In this document: piece after piece, positions 62,767 to 64,000 of the stretch
How positions within the stretch are numbered: the stretch's first letter is position 1
How the letters are laid out: every line of letters starts with the position of its first letter
Source: Phoronis australis
Lineage: Eukaryota > Animalia > Phoronida
NCBI GenBank assembly: GCA_002633005.1
Contig: NMRA01000308.1
Coordinates: 62,001-126,000 of the forward strand
Direction: 5' to 3'
DNA: 64,000 nucleotides
The notes under the pieces: model-generated
What the model was told of the DNA's origin: nothing
Seen by the model: only the letters and a program-made list of their open reading frames with translations
Database searches by the model: none
Made by a program: the position numbers and the translations under genes

Positions 62767-62875
62767 GGCATGAGAAATATGAAGCTGGGTGGCCATGTCG
62801 GCTTTGACAGTCTGCCAGATCAACTGGTCAACAAGTCCATAGCTCAAGGGTTCTGTTTCAACATACTGTGTGTTG
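62767..62875 (+). CDS. SEPT6: Septin (SEPT6/8/10/11 group) coding exon 2 ([37 protein letters not shown]); gene continues past the right edge
   Basis: ttacag acceptor, G|gtaagt donor. [27 protein letters not shown] is the signature preceding the P-loop of SEPT6-group septins. Confidence 0.93.
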
Positions 62876-64000
62876 GTAAGTACTAATAAGAGCTCAGTTG
62901 GTCACTATGTATATCCTATATTTCTTGGGCCGCAGCGGAAATATGTTCAGCAATATTTCCTGTGTGTCTTTGTCAGCAGTTTTTTTTTGTTTTTGTTTTT
63001 GTTTTTGTTTGTATGCACGCTATGGGTCGCATTTTTCGTGCAATTGACATGAAATGAATGCAAAACGTGCATCTTGTTACCAAAATCGGACCAAAGGTGA
63101 CCCTCTGGTGGCTATTTTTTAAATTTTTGTTCCACGGTCATTTAAGGTATTCTGCTGCAATTTAAATATTGTAGGCTCTCTGATGCCTGAATTGTGAGCA
63201 GACGTGCACAGGTCACGTCAAATTTTTTTTGTGCCAGCACCAAAGATTGACACATAAAGATTCAGATCACTAGAATTGAAAGTAATCTTGTGATTAGCTA
63301 CTCTCTTTGTCAAATGATCAGCGTCTGATTATCATCTAATTGTCACATCTTCAGACACTTACTCCAACCACCGGATGTCAGACTTGTATTTGTAATTGGA
63401 AATTATTACCCACCATAGACTCTTTTCATTCCTTAAGGGCTGTTCTAGCAAAAAATGTATGGGATGGGGGAAGGCACTTTCATTTTGTATCCACCGCCCA
63501 TATTTTTCGTTTATTTCTCCAACCCGTGACCCATAATTTTTAAATAGATTGGAATATAAAATGCAACACTTGTAAACAAATTACCTTTGGGATGACCTGT
63601 TAAATGCTTAGATAATCAACAGACAAGAACTATATGTCTTGTCGAATCTTGTCAAAAACTAAAGCGGCCAAGATGGTGGTCGAATGAGAAGGAAAATCGA
63701 CCTCTGTCAGCACATCCATTCCTGCCAAATTCCATCAAGTTGTGCTTTTTGAGATAATCAACCTGTCTTGTCAAAAACCAAAATGGCCTACAGAGGGTGC
63801 TACAGAGCCAAATCTGTCCAAAAATCGACTGGTGCCGGTCCGGTGCATACCAACTATATATCTTTATGACAAATGTCATCATGATACTTTAAGCGGTTTC
63901 AAGGTAATGGACGGACAAGCAATGACTTGAGCAGTCGAAAAATAACGGGGTGCCACAGTAGTTGAATCCTTCCAAAAATTGACTGGTGCTGACACATATT

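Overview
Eukaryotic, AT-rich, intron-rich animal DNA, probably from a marine invertebrate (inferred from protein divergence and repeat types). Positions 1-59859 (minus strand) hold the 5' part of a neurobeachin/LRBA-family BEACH-domain gene. I reconstructed 33 coding exons by hand (about 1,865 codons); all introns are GT-AG and all phases join without a frameshift. The PH-BEACH-WD40 end lies beyond the left edge. A SEPT6-group septin starts 390 bp from the neurobeachin ATG on the plus strand; its first two exons are missed by the ORF track. Introns contain MITEs, SINE/LINE remnants and minisatellites. Most interesting observations: (1) tandem repeats built from the gene's own splice junctions, producing stacks of decoy acceptors or donors that lead to premature stops; (2) two candidate alternative first exons in the 20-kb intron 1 that would give Gly/Cys-rich, potentially acylated N-termini; (3) an 18-nt in-frame candidate microexon; (4) a repeat-borne array of seven co-oriented CTCF-like motifs; (5) a candidate PKA-RII-binding helix. 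No CRISPR array or prokaryotic system is present.
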